The translations under genes were made by a program, and so were the position numbers. Source: a virus. Taken from it: DNA of 44,806 nucleotides. Positions 41,991 through 44,806 of this stretch are shown piece by piece. Under the pieces are notes generated by a model that saw only the letters and a list, made by a program, of their open reading frames with translations, searched no databases and was not told the DNA's origin. The stretch covers positions 1-44,806 of IMG/VR virus record IMGVR_UViG_3300045988_038198, one strand, 5' to 3'. Within the stretch, counting starts at the first letter, position 1. Each line of letters opens with the position of its first letter.

Positions 41991-42088
41991 TTACATTCTT
42001 ATTAGGATTCGCCCTTGGAATCATAGTCGGAGTGGTTGGTCTTGCATGTATAGCGATCATGTACGATAAGCACCACTCAGACAAATAG
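41987..42088 (+). CDS. 33-aa single-TM peptide
   Basis: ATGA coupling. Translates to MITFLLGFALGIIVGVVGLACIAIMYDKHHSDK. Confidence 0.4.
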   Translation: MITFLLGFALGIIVGVVGLACIAIMYDKHHSDK

Positions 42089-42101
42089 AAAGGAGAACGG
42101 T

Positions 42102-42419
42102 ATGCTGACAAGGAATAAAAAGCTGAAAGATTACGGGATCCCGGCAGAAGACATTGAAAAACTGAATACGATGCTGAAAGACTTTCCGGCAGAGTACGGA
42201 TACCTGCTTTCCGGTGCTGCCTTGTCGGCTTGCCCGAAAAACACGGTGATAGCGGATATGGTTATCGAGAATATCCTACACCGGAAAAGCTACAGGAAAA
42301 TCAGTAAAGAAAGATATATCCCGATGAATCCGAAGGATTTTTACGGATATAGGCGCAAGACTGTCGCTGTACTGTATGAGAGGATGAGGTTGTTGGGAGT
42401 GTGGGAGGATAAAAGATGA
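42102..42419 (+). CDS. Hypothetical protein, paralog of 44269..44565 (possible regulator)
   Basis: Shared motifs are DYG(I/V)P-x-(E/D)DI and DFYGY(R/K)RK. Confidence 0.6.
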   Translation: MLTRNKKLKDYGIPAEDIEKLNTMLKDFPAEYGYLLSGAALSACPKNTVIADMVIENILHRKSYRKISKERYIPMNPKDFYGYRRKTVAVLYERMRLLGVWEDKR

Positions 42420-42796
42420 AAGAATATAGATGCCCAAAGTGCAATAGTAAAAACCTTTTTGTCAAGAAAGTTAGGAATAATACAGGATTGTATTGCGGGG
42501 ATTGCGGTGCATGGATTAAATGGGTCGGAAAAAATGAGCTGGGAGTATTTGAATATTTAAACAGACAGAAGCACGTAGACGATGCTAATAGTAAACAAGA
42601 CGATATTACAAACATCATTTACGGCACTCTCGATCATATGTATTGCGATAATTGCAGATTCAGTAGCGAAATTAAAGAAAGCGATAGTGATGAATGGAAC
42701 TGTGATGAATGCCACAGAAAATATAATGGATGGGGAATTTCCATGCAGGAAAGTAATAAAATTGCAAAAGAAATTTTAAAACAGTTAGGAGAATAG
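42416..42796 (+). CDS. Zinc-ribbon protein
   Basis: Contains CPKCNS...CGDCG and CDNC...CDEC. Confidence 0.6.
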   Translation: MKEYRCPKCNSKNLFVKKVRNNTGLYCGDCGAWIKWVGKNELGVFEYLNRQKHVDDANSKQDDITNIIYGTLDHMYCDNCRFSSEIKESDSDEWNCDECHRKYNGWGISMQESNKIAKEILKQLGE

Positions 42797-42799
42797 AAT

Positions 42800-43060
42800 A
42801 TGAGCAGACTGATTGATGCAGACAAAATAATTGACTCTCTTGGAAATTCGGATATGGATTTTGCAATAGGTGCAGTTATTGACGAACAGCCGACAGTTTT
42901 TGATGTGGATAAGGTTGTGGAGCAGTTAAAAGATTTAAAGGCAATGTATTGGTTTTCAATAGCAAATACAGGAGATAAAAAACTAGATATTGCTTATGAA
43001 AACGTAGGAAATGCATTAGACAGGGCTATTGAAATCGTAAAGGAGGGTGGAGTTGAATGA
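42800..43060 (+). CDS. Hypothetical protein
   Basis: 86-aa ORF, co-oriented and tightly packed. Confidence 0.55.
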   Translation: MSRLIDADKIIDSLGNSDMDFAIGAVIDEQPTVFDVDKVVEQLKDLKAMYWFSIANTGDKKLDIAYENVGNALDRAIEIVKEGGVE

Positions 43061-43764
43061 GAGAGTTTATACATGGTGACTGTATGAAATATTTACCGGA
43101 TTTTCCGGACAACTACTTTGATATTGCCATAGTAGACCCTCCATATGGAATAAAAGAGCATGGAGGAAAGAATCGAAGTAAATATGTAAAGCAGAAAAAT
43201 GGAAGTTCCATATACGTTCCAGACGGAGGATATAAAAATTTTGGATGGGACAATTCGCCTCCTGAACCTGAATATTTTAAACAATTGTTCAGAGTTTCTA
43301 AAAATCAAATTATATGGGGAGCAAATTATTTTGATTATCCAATGGCTGGCGGGATGATTATATGGGATAAATGTAATGATGGTTCTGACCAGTCCGATGC
43401 AGAAATTGCGTTCAACAGCCTAACAAGAAGAGTAGATATATTCAGATACATGTGGAGAGGAATGTTTCAGGGGAAATCAATTGCTGAAGGAACTGTTCAA
43501 CAAGGAAATAAGAAATTAAATGAAAAGAGAATTCATCCAACACAGAAGCCAGTAAATCTGTACAGGTGGATTTGCCAGAAATATCTGCAGAAAGGAATGA
43601 TGGTGCTTGATACGCATGTGGGGAGTGCAAGCTCATTGATTGCCTATGAAGAATACGGACTTGAATATATAGGGTATGAAATTAATGAATGTTATTACAA
43701 TGACGCTTGCAAACGGTTAGAAGAATTTAGATCACAGATTACATTATTTGATTTAGGAATGTAG
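43057..43764 (+). CDS. Orphan DNA methyltransferase (N6A/N4C, beta-class order)
   Basis: Contains IVDPPYGI, then HPTQKP, then DTHVGSASS. No adjacent endonuclease gene. Confidence 0.8.
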   Translation: MREFIHGDCMKYLPDFPDNYFDIAIVDPPYGIKEHGGKNRSKYVKQKNGSSIYVPDGGYKNFGWDNSPPEPEYFKQLFRVSKNQIIWGANYFDYPMAGGMIIWDKCNDGSDQSDAEIAFNSLTRRVDIFRYMWRGMFQGKSIAEGTVQQGNKKLNEKRIHPTQKPVNLYRWICQKYLQKGMMVLDTHVGSASSLIAYEEYGLEYIGYEINECYYNDACKRLEEFRSQITLFDLGM

Positions 43765-43771
43765 GTGCGAA

Positions 43772-43954
43772 ATGAGTAAATCAGTATTAGTGATAAATAC
43801 GCCAAAATATTGTGCTTTATGCGTTTTACGCAGTGGAGTGCATCACCCGTTCTGTAGGGTAAACAATAGAGATATTACAGATTTGAGTATTAGACCTGAT
43901 TGGTGTCCGCTTATGGACTTGCCAGAGAAAGATAAGGAGGAAGAAAATGAGTAA
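43772..43954 (+). CDS. CxxC...WCPL small protein (short paralog)
   Basis: Contains MSKSVLVINTPKYCALC...WCPLMDLPEKD. The first 23 nt are identical to the next gene. Confidence 0.55.
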   Translation: MSKSVLVINTPKYCALCVLRSGVHHPFCRVNNRDITDLSIRPDWCPLMDLPEKDKEEENE

Positions 43955-44192
43955 ATCAGTATTAGTGATTGATACACCAGAAAACTGTGGAAAATGTAAA
44001 TTTATAAGTACTTTCTGGTGCAGAGCAACGGGTGACAGGAGAGTTCCAAACAATGATGTAATTCCTGTTTGGTGTCCGCTGGATCCACTGCCGGAGAAAG
44101 ATATGGAAAGCTATTTTCCAGACGAATTTGGAGATGGATATGCTACTGGCTGGAACGCTTGTATTGATGCAATTACGGGAGAGGTGAAGTAG
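43947..44192 (+). CDS. CxxC...WCPL small protein (long paralog)
   Basis: Contains MSKSVLVIDTPENCGKC...WCPLDPLPEKD...GYATGWNACIDAI. Confidence 0.6.
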   Translation: MSKSVLVIDTPENCGKCKFISTFWCRATGDRRVPNNDVIPVWCPLDPLPEKDMESYFPDEFGDGYATGWNACIDAITGEVK

Positions 44193-44279
44193 ATGGAGAG
44201 ATTAACAGAATGGGAAAATGGTAGTGTCACATATAACGAAAAACGAGAGATTGGGAGGGGTGAAATAAATGAATCTTAG
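44193..44279 (+). pseudogene. 28-codon ORF MERLTEWENGSVTYNEKREIGRGEINES, possibly a truncated gene remnant
   Basis: The ATG immediately follows the previous stop. It overlaps the start of the next gene. It was judged too short and is only a guess. Confidence 0.25.
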
Positions 44280-44565
44280 AAAAGCTACACTTGTTGATTA
44301 TGGTGTTCCGCCAGATGATATACCGACGCTTCAAAGTCATTTCAGACACCTTGACGAGAATGACAAGTATAATCTTCTGCAAGTGTCAATCAAATATGCG
44401 CCAGGCATCGAATCACAAATCTATGACAGCATCGTCAACAGCATCGGCTATCGGACGATGGAGAAGATCAGGACGGTTCCTGCAACGGAGAATGACTTTT
44501 ATGGCTACAAACGTAAGGTCATGGCGGAATATTATCATTTAGCCAAGTTGATTGGCAGGATTTAA
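44269..44565 (+). CDS. Hypothetical protein, paralog of 42102..42419, last gene before the late promoter (possible late regulator)
   Basis: GGGAGGGGTGA RBS, plus motif sharing with 42102..42419. Confidence 0.6.
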   Translation: MNLRKATLVDYGVPPDDIPTLQSHFRHLDENDKYNLLQVSIKYAPGIESQIYDSIVNSIGYRTMEKIRTVPATENDFYGYKRKVMAEYYHLAKLIGRI

Positions 44566-44583
44566 AAAAACTTAAAAATTTAT

Positions 44584-44624
44584 AAAAGTGGTAGAGAGCT
44601 ACGTACGCCCTAGTATGGTATTAT
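44584..44624 (+). promoter_or_regulatory. Putative late promoter: AAAAGTGGTAGAGAG, then 20 nt, then TGgTATTAT
   Basis: The 15-mer is identical to 9012..9026. The extended -10 is at 44616..44624. It lies upstream of the terminase gene. Confidence 0.55.
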
Positions 44625-44655
44625 AGTATATATAACTATAACTATGCTAGGGCGT
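44605..44655. promoter_or_regulatory. 9-bp perfect inverted repeat ACGCCCTAG-N33-CTAGGGCGT followed by TTTTAATT, enclosing the -10 element
   Basis: Read directly. The loop is AT-rich. Confidence 0.6.
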
Positions 44656-44691
44656 TTTAATTCAGAAAGGATATGATTGGATGTTGATAGG

Positions 44692-44806
44692 ATGGCAAAC
44701 GAGGAAAATTTAAAACCATTTACAAGCAATCAAAGCCGTGAGGAAGCCGTGAGAAACGGACAAAAAGGCGGTATTGCATCTGGATATTCTAGGCGACAAA
44801 AAAAAG
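44692..44806 (+). CDS. terL: 5' end of the terminase gene (TerS-like basic N-terminal extension); continues in frame into 2..1525 across the circular junction
   Basis: ATG at 44692 (alternative TTG at 44677, 5 nt after GAAAGGA) reads MANEENLKPFTSNQSREEAVRNGQKGG. The offset to the GTG listed at 32 is 57 nt, so it is in frame. Confidence 0.8.
   Translation, partial: MANEENLKPFTSNQSREEAVRNGQKGGIASGYSRRQKK
44718..44806. repeat. Second copy of the 89-nt terminal overlap (equals 1..89)
   Basis: Identical to 1..89 when read directly. Confidence 0.95.

Overview
This window is the complete genome of a temperate, siphovirus-type dsDNA phage or prophage. The host is Gram-positive (Bacillota, probably clostridial), judged from GGAGG-type ribosome-binding sites (RBS), PBSX-type terminase, an XkdX-like gene and a CGAAC-N4-GTTCG SOS box. 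The genome is shown as a linearised circle. Bases 1-89 are repeated at 44718-44806, so the unique length is 44717 bp and the cut splits the terminase gene.

Gene order, + strand unless noted:
- Late promoter at 44584-44624.
- Terminase with a TerS-like N-terminus (44692, wrapping to 1525), portal, MuF-like head-morphogenesis gene and small accessory genes (to 5556).
- A leftward acr/aca-like three-gene cassette (5586-6310).
- A 2.6-kb cassette of five low-complexity or C1q/BclA-like proteins (6388-9004).
- A 476-bp structured non-coding island carrying a second copy of the late-promoter motif and a tRNA-like gene (9005-9480).
- Scaffold, major capsid, connector genes (with an embedded holin-like gene), major tail, chaperones, tape measure, tip proteins, collagen-repeat fibre, XkdX-like gene and a three-domain endolysin (to 26189).
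- An attP-like region and a leftward tyrosine integrase.
- A leftward secreted Big_2 moron.
- A promoter with a LexA-type box driving a 38-codon ORF.
- A short cI-like / cro-like switch with TTCGAA operators.
- A leftward three-gene island and a BRO-type antirepressor.
- A replication module (ERF, SSB, ERCC4-like nuclease, CHC2 zinc finger, DUF927-type helicase) followed by an iteron origin (38811-38996).
- About 20 small genes, including an orphan DNA methyltransferase and several paralog pairs.

No CRISPR array, rRNA or transposase was seen. All functional calls come from reading motifs and gene order by eye; no database search was run.

The most interesting items are:
- the antisense acr/aca-like cassette;
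- the SOS-box promoter aimed at a non-cleavable repressor;
- the low-complexity (spore-surface-like?) cassette;
- the aberrant tRNA-like gene;
- shared late-promoter and leader motifs;
- two genes with in-frame stop codons.
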